64,000 bases of DNA from Octopus vulgaris (taxonomy: Eukaryota): positions 181,908,001 through 181,972,000 of the forward strand of contig OX597816.1 in NCBI GenBank assembly GCA_951406725.2, read 5' to 3'. Of the stretch, positions 39,718 to 52,800 are shown one piece after another; the stretch's first letter is position 1, and each line of letters begins with the position of its first letter. The position numbers were made by a program, and so were the translations under genes. Under the pieces are notes generated by a model. It did not search any database, had not been told where the DNA came from, and saw only the letters and a list, made by a program, of their open reading frames with translations.

Positions 39718-42700
39718 TATGAACATTAAGTTAAGAAACTTAATGTCCCATTGTGTGGCACCTTGAGGCAAGTGCCTTCTACTCCAGCCCCAGGCCAATG
39801 AAAGCCTTTATGAGTGGATTTGGTAGACAGAAACTGAAAGAAGCTCGACTGGCCCTTGTGCCAGTGGCACGTAAAAGCACCCACTACACTCTCAGAGTGG
39901 TTGGCGTTAGGAAGGGCATCCTGCTGTAGAAGCTCTGCCAGATCAGATTGGAGCCTGGTGCAGCCATCTAGTTCACCAACCCTCAGTTAAAATCGTCCAA
40001 CCCATGCTAGCATGGAAAACGGACATTAAACAATGATGATGATGATATTATATTATATGTATATATTCCCACTTAAACGTAGATGTCCTGTTAGAACAAA
40101 CTTTACTGCAGTTTCTCTCATGGTATGTACTGCAGTAAATTTTCTTCCAACAGAACATCCATGTTTAATTGAAGATGAATATTACCTCTCCTAAAAAAAA
40201 CTCCATCCCTAGATTTTATAGAAATTGAATGGAATTCTTGATAAAATTAATGATTTGGTGTAGACTTCATGCAAAAAAGTTTTTGTGGTAGCTATTTCTT
40301 TGGCCCTTTTTGTTACCAACCCATCTGAAACTACCCTTGGTTCGATGATATGATTTTCCTGTTTAATAAAACTAAAGCCAACCATCAAAATCTCATGTTA
40401 GTTTATGTGCCAAACAACAGCTTAATGCGGACAAAGTTATTTTACTAAATTTGTTATTATTTTTCAAAATTAATTTAAACAAAGATTGTGTATTTCCACA
40501 AAAATATGTTAACAGAAGGGTTAAACTATATCTGTATATTTTTATTAATTATGTTCAGTTCTAACTTTGTGAAAAGGAAAAAAATACCCACAGCAGTGAT
40601 AATTAAAAGATTTGTGACCTATAGCAGTTTAAATAACAGCTCAAACTTAACAGCCATAAGACCATTTAATTTAAGGTCAAATTCCATCTATTTAACACAT
40701 GAAACTTTAAAAATGTTATCTTAATAACAAGCTCTAAGCAGAGCCTGCTTCTTGTTAGCTTAAGGAAGCTATTGAGAGCTAAATAGCCTCTTAAAAGACT
40801 AAATATGATAGAACTACTTGTCTCCATTTGTTGGTTTAAAATATTTTTGTTTTAGCTGACAGGTCTGTGTATGATTAGTTATTCCTTGAATTCTTGCAAG
40901 AATGGTTGTTTTTGTGATCATCGTCATTGTTGTTTAACCCAAGGTCGACCCTGATTGAGTAAACCTATTGACCAAAGGCATTTCATCTGCGACCATTCAT
41001 GTTTTTCTATTAATACATCATTCAGTGTGACTATTTTTTTTTGAAAGAGAATTGGCTGCTAGATTTAGCAAGTTCAATGACCAAGTAGAGGCTCCCTTGT
41101 TTTGTTTTGTAGGTGTTTTTCTGCTAGGAATTCTTCAACTATGACAGTGTTTTATTTATTTATTTTTCTGTTTTGATATTGTTAAGAAGTATTCTGGTAT
41201 TTTCTGTGGGAAATCAGTAATGTGTTAGTTCAAATTAAGACATTTGATTTCGATTAACAAGATTGTAGAAAGATTTTGTTTTCATCATTGAATCAATGAC
41301 CAAATAATTCTATGAATTTTGTACAAGTTCAGAACAACCACAAATATCATCAACTTCATCATAATCATCATTCTACATCTACTCCTCCATGCTATCATGA
41401 GTTGACGGGACTTTTTGAGAAAGTGTTCTATGGCCAAATGACCCTCCTCTCACCAACCCTTTTACTTGCCTCTTACAATACTAAGGGAAACTGTATATAT
41501 AATGGAAATTTAGATACAAACAGATGTCCCATTTCTACCGACTAGAGTCAGAGTATGCTTTTCAGTTTTCAAGCATAGATGAAATTAGTTTCAAATATCA
41601 CATAGAGGAGGAGGATGACATCAATAATGTCAGACCTTTTGCAAAAACATGACATTTTAAAAATATAGACTATTTTATAGTGGAAAAAAAAACTACAACA
41701 AAATACCATATTTACTAGTATGTAAGACATGCTGTTTATATTTTTAAATGTATCCAGAAATTAGTGTTAATTTTATTATTGCAGATGAGACACCAAATGC
41801 CTTAGACTAGGGAGCCAGATGAGCAATAAGTCCACTAGCTACAATAATTATTAACAATAAAATAATGAAAAGAATCCAGATAGTAACGAGTGGATGACAA
41901 CAAAATCATAGTAGTGATGTGCCACTCTGGTGGCTGATTGTGACTACGTAAAATGTCATATTTAGAAATATGTTTTGCATTGGGCAATTCACTTGATCAG
42001 CTCTACAGTTGATCTGACAGAAGATAAAACTGAAATAAGGTACTCCTATTAAATGGAGTTTATTTGTGATGAATTTATGGGTTCATATTTTATTTTAGTA
42101 TCTGCCACAACATTGTATTTACATGCACCAATTCAGATTTTTTTAAACTTTTTAACATTTAAATTGGTGATATTTAACTCAAATATTCTGCCTGTTTTAT
42201 ATTAAATCTGGGCAGATCCAGCCTCTTGCACCTACTCTATAATATCATTTTAAAACTAAACAGTTACATCATCAAAATCTCCAAGCTACAAGATAATGCA
42301 TGATTAGTTCAAAACAACATGAATAAATATGCATTGCATTTGGCAGAGTAATTTGAATGCTAAAGGGTTAAAACCTCTTTTATTTAGTTGGTGTATGATG
42401 CAACTAAATTTGTTTTTGTTTTTTTCCACAAAATATAGTTGTAAAAAAGTGGTATGTTTTATGTGAGAGTGTCTTATGCGTCAATCAATGTGTTACATCT
42501 TAAACTTTTGGACAGATATCTTGAATGTACCCAACTCTAATGAAACTGTTTGTAACAAATGTCTTAACTTTTTTTTTCTTTTTTGTCTGAAAGATTGTAG
42601 GAATTCAGAATTTCTAATAATTGTGTTCTTGATTTAAAAGATCTGAATATATACTAATATGTATATTAGGTTAATTTGTAACAAGGTACTGATTATTAGC

Positions 42701-45700
42701 AATGGTCTTTAAAAAAAAAGGCAAAAATAAAATCCAACAAAATCAGTTTGCAACTGGTCTTGTTTGGAATGCAGTTGGTATGCCTAATCAGTATAAATGT
42801 TGTATTCACAGAAAGTATAGTGACATCTCTGTTAGACTGGTGGCCAACATAAATGCTACATGCATCATGTCTTCAGGATTTGCTACAAGCATAATGCTGT
42901 CTTTAAATGAAGATGCATGGCCCAGATGCTTCAGTAGATACATTCCAGTATCTAGATAACAATTAACAAAGGTGGTGGAATTAGTGAGATTTTTTTAGCG
43001 TCTAAAACAGTGCTGGTGGTAGGGTGCTACAGAATTCTGAAAGAGGTTTTGTTTTGCATAAAAAAAGAATATAATTTTGTTGATAACTTAATATACTTAT
43101 TGCAATATTTATAAAGGGACAGTTTAGGATTATAATTACATCATTGTTGTCATCACCATCATTTAATGTCCAATTTTCTATGCTTGCATGGATTAGACAG
43201 AATATATTGAGGCAAATTGTCTAAGGCCAAATGCCCTTTCTGTCATCAACCTTCAAGCAAAGGTAATATTTCCTCATTAAAGATTGGAAATGAACAACAT
43301 CATAACGATGCTCATTTGCAATCTTTGCTTATAATTCCACTTTCTTTGTATTATTGATTGAAAGAAATGTTTTCAGTGTAGCTTTATTAGATTGTAGTTG
43401 CTGTATTTTCACAGATGAGGTGCACAAGCTTACAAGAGGCATCTCAATTCTGGCAGACTGTTTATTCGCTTGCCGCTTGTCAGTAACCCAAGCTCTGACA
43501 TTAAGTTCTAAGACACAGGTTGATTCTCTGGGATTTACTCGGTCTCCTTTTTTTTAAATTTATCTTATAATGGTGTTTATTTATGAGAAATTTGTTTTGA
43601 TACTATAAGCCATTAAACATTGTAATTCAGTGGTGCCTTCAAATATTACAAAGGTTTCCCACTCTCAGATTCAATCACTAATTGTTCAACTCCTTGTGCA
43701 AGTGTTTTCTAACATAGCCTTGAATTGACAAAAGCTTTGTGAGTGGAATTTTGTGAACAGAAACTGTGCAGAAGCCTTGTAGGGGGGTGGGGGTGAAATA
43801 GAATAATTAGTATATCAAGCAAAACATGTTTTTTCTTTTTTTCTCTCTTTGTGTGATTAGTCAGAAAAGGAATTGTGGTGCACATGGCCTTTTTAGGTCT
43901 GATGGTGAGGTGCTAATTTTGATGTTCAGTTTGAATTTCTAATTGTAAAAATGTGGCCTGGGAAGGAAATACTAGAGGATTGCAAATTGAGAGGAAATGA
44001 CTTGGTAAACGATGTAGTGCAGGGGAATGAAATAAGATGTAATTGGGATAACAAGAAGGATAAAGGATGGGTAGATCAGATATTTTTTATGAAAGGGATA
44101 TGCAGCAGAACTTGTATAGATAATCATATATGAAGCAAACAGTAGAAATTCATGCATATGAGAACTTACGATTGATGTATTTTGATGAATAGTTTTTTGT
44201 TTGTTTGTTTATTACAATCATCTGATCAGCTGTCTAGAATGTCCTTGTGTACTCGAATGCAGTACTCGAATGTGAGTTTCACTTTAGCTTTGTGTAGCAT
44301 AGGCTGGATGCAGCTGATTAAACTGAAGTCTTCTCTAACCTTAGGCTTAGGCTTCAGGATGCATTTTTGGGTAATGTCAGATGTAAGTCTCTATGTAAAA
44401 TCATCAAAGATTGAGATGTTGCCTTACTGGCACTTGTGCCGGTGTGCAGGTGACACATAAAAAACAGGATTTTCTGTGACCGTTGCCAGTACCACCTGAC
44501 TGGCACATAAAAGCACCCACTACACTCTCGGAGTGGTTGGCGTTAGGAAGGACATCCAGCTGTAGAAACTCTGCCAGATCGAGATTGGAGCCTGGTGCAG
44601 CCATCTGCTTCGCCAGTCCTCAGTCAAATCTTCCAACCCATGCTAGCGTGGAAAGCAGACATTAAACGATGATGATGATGAGGTGTAGCTTTCATAACAT
44701 CTTTGAGGGCTTTTTTTCAGTGTCTCTATGTTACAGTGCTGAAGCAAGGCTGTACTGCAAGACTTTGTGTCTTTGTTCAAGTAGATTAGGTTGTAATGTC
44801 TCTAGTGAAGGGTTCTGTTGCTGACTTTGCTCATGGAAGCCATGCAGTCCTGCCTAAATTGTATGTTTAGATGTAACAGCATATAGGCCATACCGTGTTG
44901 AAGGAAGAATATTGAAGATAATCACATCTTGGGGTACACCAAAATTAAGGGAATGTAGGTTGAAGAGAGCCTGTTAATGTCAATGGGGATGGCATGGTTT
45001 GCCAGGTTATTTTCTGTCTGAGAGATGAGAAATAGACAAAGCCTCGGAGGTTATTGTGCCTGATATTGTTAAAGGCTTTAATAATGTCAAGAACAACAAC
45101 ATTGCTTTCACTAGAATCCTCATAGTCAAAAGAATACTGATGTGTCGCATAGGAAAAGCAAGGTCCTAGTTGATCTGACTCTCAGGTATCTATAGTGTTG
45201 GTCACTTATGAAGCACTGATGAGCAAGAATTTAGTGATGAAGCATATGGTTGATTATGACTGTTTCCATCACATTTGCGATGTAACTGAAGGTGGTAGTT
45301 AGCAGGACTAGAGCCTATGAAAGACTGAAGAGAGTGGTATGAACAGGACCTAACTCTGAATGGGAACATTTTGTTACACTGAGGTGATTTGAGATTTCAC
45401 ACTTGGTGATGATGTAGATGGGATGGTGCGAGTTTGGGAGGAGATTGTGTGTGTGTGTGCATGCGCACACAATGTTGAGTTGGCAGTAAAATAGGCAGCA
45501 GATGAAGTGAATTTTATAAGCAATGGTCTTATTCTTCTTCATTGAAAAGTAGTAGTAGTAGTAGTAGTAGTAGTGGGATTCTGCAAATAATGGAGACCTC
45601 ATTTTGTGGAGCAAGAACACATAACGGTTCTGTAGTGTATGAAGATGTTTTTGTTTTCCTTATGGCCACCCTGCTGGTGTTGCAGCAGTGGATAAAACAG

Positions 45701-45761
45701 TTGTCAGTTCATGGAGGTGAAGTTACTCCTTCCACATGTTGTCAGCGATGTTCTTTACCTG

Positions 45762-45815
<54 letters not shown>

Positions 45816-48117
45816 ATTACTTAAAATTTGGAGGGATTTTGGCCAGGTGATGTAAGGAATGTATTGTCGTATGCCTAAGAAGATGGTTTAGGTTACCCAC
45901 TTAATGTTCTGGCACATTATCTTCAGACTCTTGAAGATGTTAGAAGAATGAATCAATCAAAACCTAGAACAAATGAAACGTAAAAAGAAATTAGGTTAAT
46001 AACCTTGAGTTTTAAAGTGCTTTGCTTACATAGCTTATCTCTAAAAAAAATATCTAAATATATAATTGATATAATTATTATAATTATTATTTGTGTTTCT
46101 TTTTTCCTCACATAATCAGGGAGTAAGGCAGTACATATGATCCTTTCCAGTGTCCTTCACCTGAAAGGACGATGTCCCATACTAGAGACCTGGCCTGAAT
46201 ACTTGCCACAGAATGGACTCCCTTAACCTTTTAGCATTCAGATTATTCTGTCAAATATAATACTTATTTGTACACAGTGTTTTGAATTAACAATCATTGT
46301 CTTATAGCTTCAAGATTTCAATGATGTGATTGTTTATTTTTAGAATGACATTGTAGGGTAGGGGTGAGAAACCAGATTTGGTCAGTTTGAATGTAAAACA
46401 AGTAGAATATTTGGGCCAGATATGGCCAGTTTAAATGCTAAAGGGTAACAGCATCCAAGGACCAAGTAGTGTGTTTACTGGGTCTTTCTCAGCTTAAATT
46501 GCTCGTATTACATTCAACTCAAATGCATTTCATCATTACTACCAATTATAACTAAATTAGAGATAAAATCTTTAAATTCGTTAAGCATTTCAAACTACTA
46601 TAATTGATGTTGGAAAGTTCACTGACTGAATGTGACTCCCAATAAGTTCATGAAATGTAGGTTTAGACCAGATGCTATGAGAAGATTCTTGTTCACTCAA
46701 TTTGCCTGTAAATATATTTGACAGATTTGTAGCACTTTTGAGATGTTACTTAGAGTTTCTTGTCTTTTATTTGTTCCAATTTTCTGTTCTGAGTTTAGAT
46801 CCTGCTATGGTCAACTTTGCTTTTCATTCTTTTTGGATTGAAACAAAAATACCAATCCAGGGCAGTGGACTGACAGAACACTGGACTTAATGCCCTACTG
46901 CATTTTTCCCCAGCTCTTTTCATTCTGATTTCAGATCCTGCTCTGGTCTACTTGGGTAGTAAATTTAATCTATCACCAGCACCTCGCATTGGGTACTTTT
47001 AGTGGAGTCTATTCTGTTGCAAGCATCCAGGCTAGCTCTCCAGTTTGAGAAGCTAACTATAGAGTTTGACCAGCTTCCTTTTGTGATGCTATGGATTCAT
47101 TGCTTGAGTTCAAATTTTGCGAATGTCAACCTTGCCTTTCATTCTCATGGGACTAATAGAAATCTACCAATTCAGACGGTACTGACAGAACTGTAAGAGC
47201 ATTGAACTGGGATCTAGATGCTTTGCTCTGTGTTCTGATTTGAAATTCCTCTGTGGCCTACTTGGTTGGTGAATCTAATCTGTCATCACCACCTGGCAGT
47301 TTGGGCTCCTTTACTGGAATCCACTTTGTAGTAAGCATTGAGGTCAAGTCCCCAGTTCAAGAATACCTTCTATCCTCTCCACTACAAGTTCTGGGGCTCT
47401 TCTGATAAAAAGATAAATCATTCAAAACTCAATAATTATAGCAGCAAATTTTATTGAAAATGTTTACAAATAAAAGTTGCAAATTAAGGAAATCACAAAT
47501 TGATGAGATCTGGTGGTGGTCAAAAGCCCTACGTTTCTGAGTAAGTTATTTTTAATTGGTTACAAATATTTATTTTTCTTTGTAGATTTCACTGTTTAAT
47601 CCTTTTGATTCAACTAACCAGAGGATTAGGTCTGGTTCTACAATGTTAAACTTTGTTCCATAATTTAAATCAAAACCTTACATCATTATTTCATTTAGGT
47701 TCCTTTTATTTTGTTATGTTCAATACCCCAACTTCATTTTAATTTGTTTTGTTTTTTCTCTTCGGACCAGTAAGGTGGTGGGGGTATTTTTTTTTTAGAC
47801 AAGTTAGTTATTTTACCAAATTCCTTCCAAGTTTTTGATTATTTTTGACACTAGTTGCAACACCATAGGCAGATTTTTTTTGTGTTTTTTTTTCACTATA
47901 AAATTGGTCATGAAATGGCTAAATGCTTCATATCATTAAAACTATAAAACTAGAAATACTTAAAATTCACTTTTTCACTGCTTTGTCTCCTCCTCCTTAC
48001 CTCTTTTGTAAACACAAAATATTCATAATAATTAGTCTTTTTTTTGTTTTTAATTATCTTTACATAGATGATTTTTTTCACTGCATGTTTTTTTTTTGTT
48101 CAGTTGCAAATTTTCCT

Positions 48118-48175
<58 letters not shown>

Positions 48176-48775
48176 AAGAGCATATATATTAAATAGATGT
48201 AGCAGAAGATGTTGTGATGTTGCTGTTATAGGATGTTAAGTTACATGATCTACTTCAACAATTTGCAGTGTCTACCAGCTTCTGCATTCCACTGCATGCA
48301 ACTTACTTTCTGGCAGCAATACCTTTCATACTTTAACACTTTACTCAGTAGTCAACCATTCTACTTGCCTAGATTTTTCTATATTTCTACTATACGTTGT
48401 TCAACCGTTATATCTTCATTGTTTTGTTTTTCTTTCCTTTTTGCACTTTTTCAGTTCTCTAGGAATTGTCTGCTAAACACTCTTCTTTTTTTTTATGTCA
48501 ATTTTATGATGATCTTTTTCTCTTTTTTTTAAAGACCATTCGAACCAACTATAAATCCATTTATTTATTATTCACCCCCACCTCACTCTATCTATCTCCT
48601 GCGTAGACTCCAAATATCTAACTAAAAGTTGTTATTGCTATTTTTATAGGAAAACTTAATCATCTATTCTTGTCAAATGTTCAGAGCACTTAAACTTTTC
48701 TCTAGTAACAGCTTAGACTTCTCCATCCAACTAGTTGCTTCTTAACTCCAGTGAATCTTATTCTTCCCTCTCTCT

Positions 48776-48818
<43 letters not shown>

Positions 48819-49136
48819 AAGCTTACTATATATTGTCTTTTCATTGCTCACATTTTCTTTTTTAAACAACATGCATTTCTAGCATTACTGTCATATTAAA
48901 TACATTTTTGTGAAAACAATTCATTTTCTCATCATCATGGATAGTTTCTTTGTATCTTTTTTCCATTGTTACTGAGCATCTATTGTCACCACTTGCCTTT
49001 TTAAAGTAAAAGCAATTCATTTGCAGTTTTGTAAAGAAAAATAAAGTTTCCTAAACTTTTTTTTGTAAATAAAAAGAAAAAGAACTATTTAAATACGCAC
49101 TACTTTAAATCTGAATAATATATATTTTTTTATCAC

Positions 49137-49194
<58 letters not shown>

Positions 49195-49779
49195 TGTGTG
49201 TGTGTGTAATGTCAAGGTTGTTTTAAATGTTAACAAAAACAAGCCTTTATTAACTATACAGTTAAAGAAATATTTCTGAGACAGAATCTGGGGTTAGCTT
49301 TTGATACAAATCAAGAAATAACCAACTTCTACAAAATATTGGGGGCAATGACTTTGTTGTTGATATTTGTTTTAAAACATTATTACATCCACATTTACTC
49401 TTCGTCTGAACTTCAATTTAAATAGCTTCTTAATAGGTACCATTGAATTTCTTTCATTTCAGATTGCCTTTGTGAAAATGGAAAAGGCTATTGCCAGCAG
49501 AATGGTTCTTGCTGTCATGAAAATTGCCTTGGTGGCTGTAGAGGACCAACAGCTAGAGACTGCCTTGCTTGCAGGCATGTTTATCATGACAAGGAGTGTA
49601 AGAGAACCTGCCCACCAAACACCTACAAGGTTTGCAATACGATTTCCTTTTGTTTTGCTCAGATTTCAGCATCTCTGTTTGAATACTTTGTAACTGAATC
49701 GTTCATTCTTGCATTTTCATTTTCTTTCATTAAAAATGTTTAACTCTGTAGGTTTTATATATATATATCAGTTGCACTC

Positions 49780-49839
<60 letters not shown>

Positions 49840-52800
49840 TGCTTACACACACATCTGTATCAATTGCATATGTGTGTGTTTGAATTTTTTTATTCAAAAA
49901 AACCCAGCTATAACAAAATATTTTCTTATGTCAATAACAAAATCTTGACTCATTCATCAAACTGATTAATGGGGTGGGGTTAGAATTATAAGTAATTGTT
50001 GGGTGAAGGACAATGCTTGTGACCTTTGTAGGTGCTTCTAACCTGGTATAATGCTTGTGACCTTTGTAGGGGCTCCTAACCTGGTATAATGCTTGTGACC
50101 TTTGTAGGGGCTACTAACCTGGTATAATGCTTGTGACCTTTGTAGGGGCTCCTAACCTGGTATAATGCTTGTGACCTTTGTTGGGGCTCCTAACCTGGTA
50201 TAATGCTTGTGACCTTTGTAGGTGCTCCTAACCTGGTATAATGCTTGTGACTTTGTAGGGGCTCCTAACCTGGTATAATGCTTGTGACCTTTGTTGGGGC
50301 TCCTAACCTGGTATAATGCTTGTGACCTTTGTAGGTGCTCCTAACCTGGTATAATGCTTGTGACCTTTGTTGGGGCTCCTAACCTGGTATAATGCTTGTG
50401 ACCTTTGTAGGGGCTCCTAACCTGGTATAATGCTTGTGACCTTTGTTGGGGCTCCTAACCTGGTATAATGCTTGTGACCTTTGTAGGGGCTCCTAACCTG
50501 GTATAATGCTTGTGACCTTTGTAGGTGCTCCTAACCTGGTATAATGCTTGTGACCTTTGTAGGGGCTCCTAACCTGGTATAATGCTTGTGACCTTTGTTG
50601 GGGCTCCTAACCTGGTATAATGCTTGTGACCTTTGTTGGGGCTCCTAACCTGGTATAATGCTTGTGACCTTTGTAGGGGCTCCTAACCTGGTATAATGCT
50701 TGTGACCTTTGTAGGTGCTCCTAACCTGGTATAATGCTTGTGACCTTTGTAGGGGCTCCTAACCTGGTATAATGCTTGTGACCTTTGTAGGGGCTCCTAA
50801 CCTGGTATAATGCTTGTGACCTTTGTTGGGGCTCCTAACCTGGTATAATGCTTGTGACCTTTGTTGGGGCTCCTAACCTGGTATAATGCTTGTGACCTTT
50901 GTAGGGGCTCCTAACCTGGTATAATGCTTGTGACCTTTGTAGGGGCTCCTAACCTGGTATAATGCTTGTGACCTTTGTAGGTGCTCCTAACCTGGTATAA
51001 TGCTTGTGACCTTTGTTGGGGCTCCTAACCTGGTATAATGCTTGTGACCTTTGTAGGTGCTCCTAACCTGGTATAATGCTTGTGACCTTTGTAGGGGCTC
51101 CTAACCTGGTATAATGCTTGTGACTTTGTAGGGGCTCCTAACCTGGTATAATGCTTGTGACCTTTGTAGGGGCTCCTAACCTGGTATAATGCTTGTGACC
51201 TTTGTAGGGGCTCCTAACCTGGTATAATGCTTGTGACCTTTGTAGGTGCTCCTAACCTGGTATAATGCTTGTGACCTTTGTAGGTGCTCCTAACCTGGTA
51301 TAATGCTTGTGACCTTTGTAGGGGCTCCTAACCTGGTATAATGCTTGTGACCTTTGTAGGTGCTTCTAACCTGGTATAATGCTTGTGACCTTTGTAGGTG
51401 CTTCTAACCTGGTATAATGCTTGTGACCTTTGTAGGGGCTCCTAACCTGGTATAATGCTTGTGACCTTTGTAGGGGCTCCTAACCTGGTATAATGCTTGT
51501 GACCTTTGTAGGTGCTTCTAACCTGGTATAATGCTTGTGACCTTTGTAGGTGCTTCTAACCTGGTATAATGCTTGTGACCTTTGTAGGGGCTCCTAACCT
51601 GGTATAATGCTTGTGACCTTTGTTGGGGCTCCTAACCTGGTATAATGCTTGTGACTTTGTAGGGGCTCCTAACCTGGTATAATGCTTGTGACCTTTGTAG
51701 GGGCTCCTAACCTGGTATAATGCTTGTGACCTTTGTAGGTGCTCCTAACCTGGTATAATGCTTGTGACCTTTGTTGGGGCTCCTAACCTGGTATAATGCT
51801 TGTGACCTTTGTTGGGGCTCCTAACTTGGTATAATGCTTGTGACCTTTGTAGGGGCTCCTAACCTGGTATAATGCTTGTGACCTTTGTAGGTGCTCCTAA
51901 CCTGGTATAATGCTTGTGACCTTTGTTGGGGCTCCTAACCTGGTATAATGCTTGTGACCTTTGTTGGGGCTCCTAACCTGGTATAATGCTTGTGACTTTG
52001 TAGGGGCTCCTAACCTGGTATAATGCTTGTGACCTTTGTTGGGGCTCCTAACCTGGTATAATGCTTGTGACCTTTGTAGGTGCTCCTAACCTGGTATAAT
52101 GCTTGTGACCTTTGTTGGGGCTCCTAACCTGGTATAATGCTTGTGACCTTTGTAGGGGCTCCTAACCTGGTATAATGCTTGTGACCTTTGTAGGTGCTCC
52201 TAACCTGGTATAATGCTTGTGACCTTTGTTGGGGCTCCTAACCTGGTATAATGCTTGTGACCTTTGTTGGGGCTCCTAACCTGGTATAATGCTTGTGACC
52301 TTTGTAGGGGCTCCTAACCTGGTATAATGCTTGTGACCTTTGTAGGTGCTCCTAACCTGGTATAATGCTTGTGACCTTTGTAGGGGCTCCTAACCTGGTG
52401 TGATTGATGTAATTGCATGAATTTCAGACAATGTTTAGAATGAAAGTCTTTTTTTTTAAATTTGTTTTGCCATGTTAGCATGGCTTGTTCAGGCGTTGAT
52501 TTGAGGCAGGATTTTTATGGCTGGAGGCTCTTACTATTGCAAACCTTTCAGCAGTTTTTCAAGTAATGGTTTGATTTTTTTTTATTTCACAATCTTAAGA
52601 AATGCAACCAGTCATAAAGTTAACAAGAGCATTTAGTAGTACCATGGAATATCAAAATATCTATGTGCACCGGTACAAGTGTATGTGCACACACGCAACA
52701 GACTTCCCAGTTTTTATCTACTAAATTCACTCAAAAAGCATTAGTCCTCCTGGGGCTATAGTAGAAAGCACTTGCCCAAGGTATCACATTGTAGGCGAGG

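Noticed and set aside
39370-39798. Overlapping ORFs rich in HTYI/MHAC/CMYV
   Set aside because: They are translations of stop-free microsatellites. The same applies to similar ORFs near 1383, 3813, 8660, 14700 and 45542.
43414-43518. Possible extra exon (ttttcacag|ATGAGGTGCAC...CAG|gttgat) in the L1-CR intron
   Set aside because: A phase-1 entry would need a phase-1 exit here, the peptide has no domain similarity, and exons 33288>49463 already join into a continuous Cys-rich domain.
46780-47400. Locally repeated ~300-bp segments (also about 53690-53990)
   Set aside because: They look like diverged SINE family A relatives, with no coding or structural signal.
50012-52399. CRISPR-like array (38-bp periodic repeat with a small internal hairpin)
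   Set aside because: Units are directly adjacent with no unique spacers, there are no cas genes, and it lies in a eukaryotic intron.
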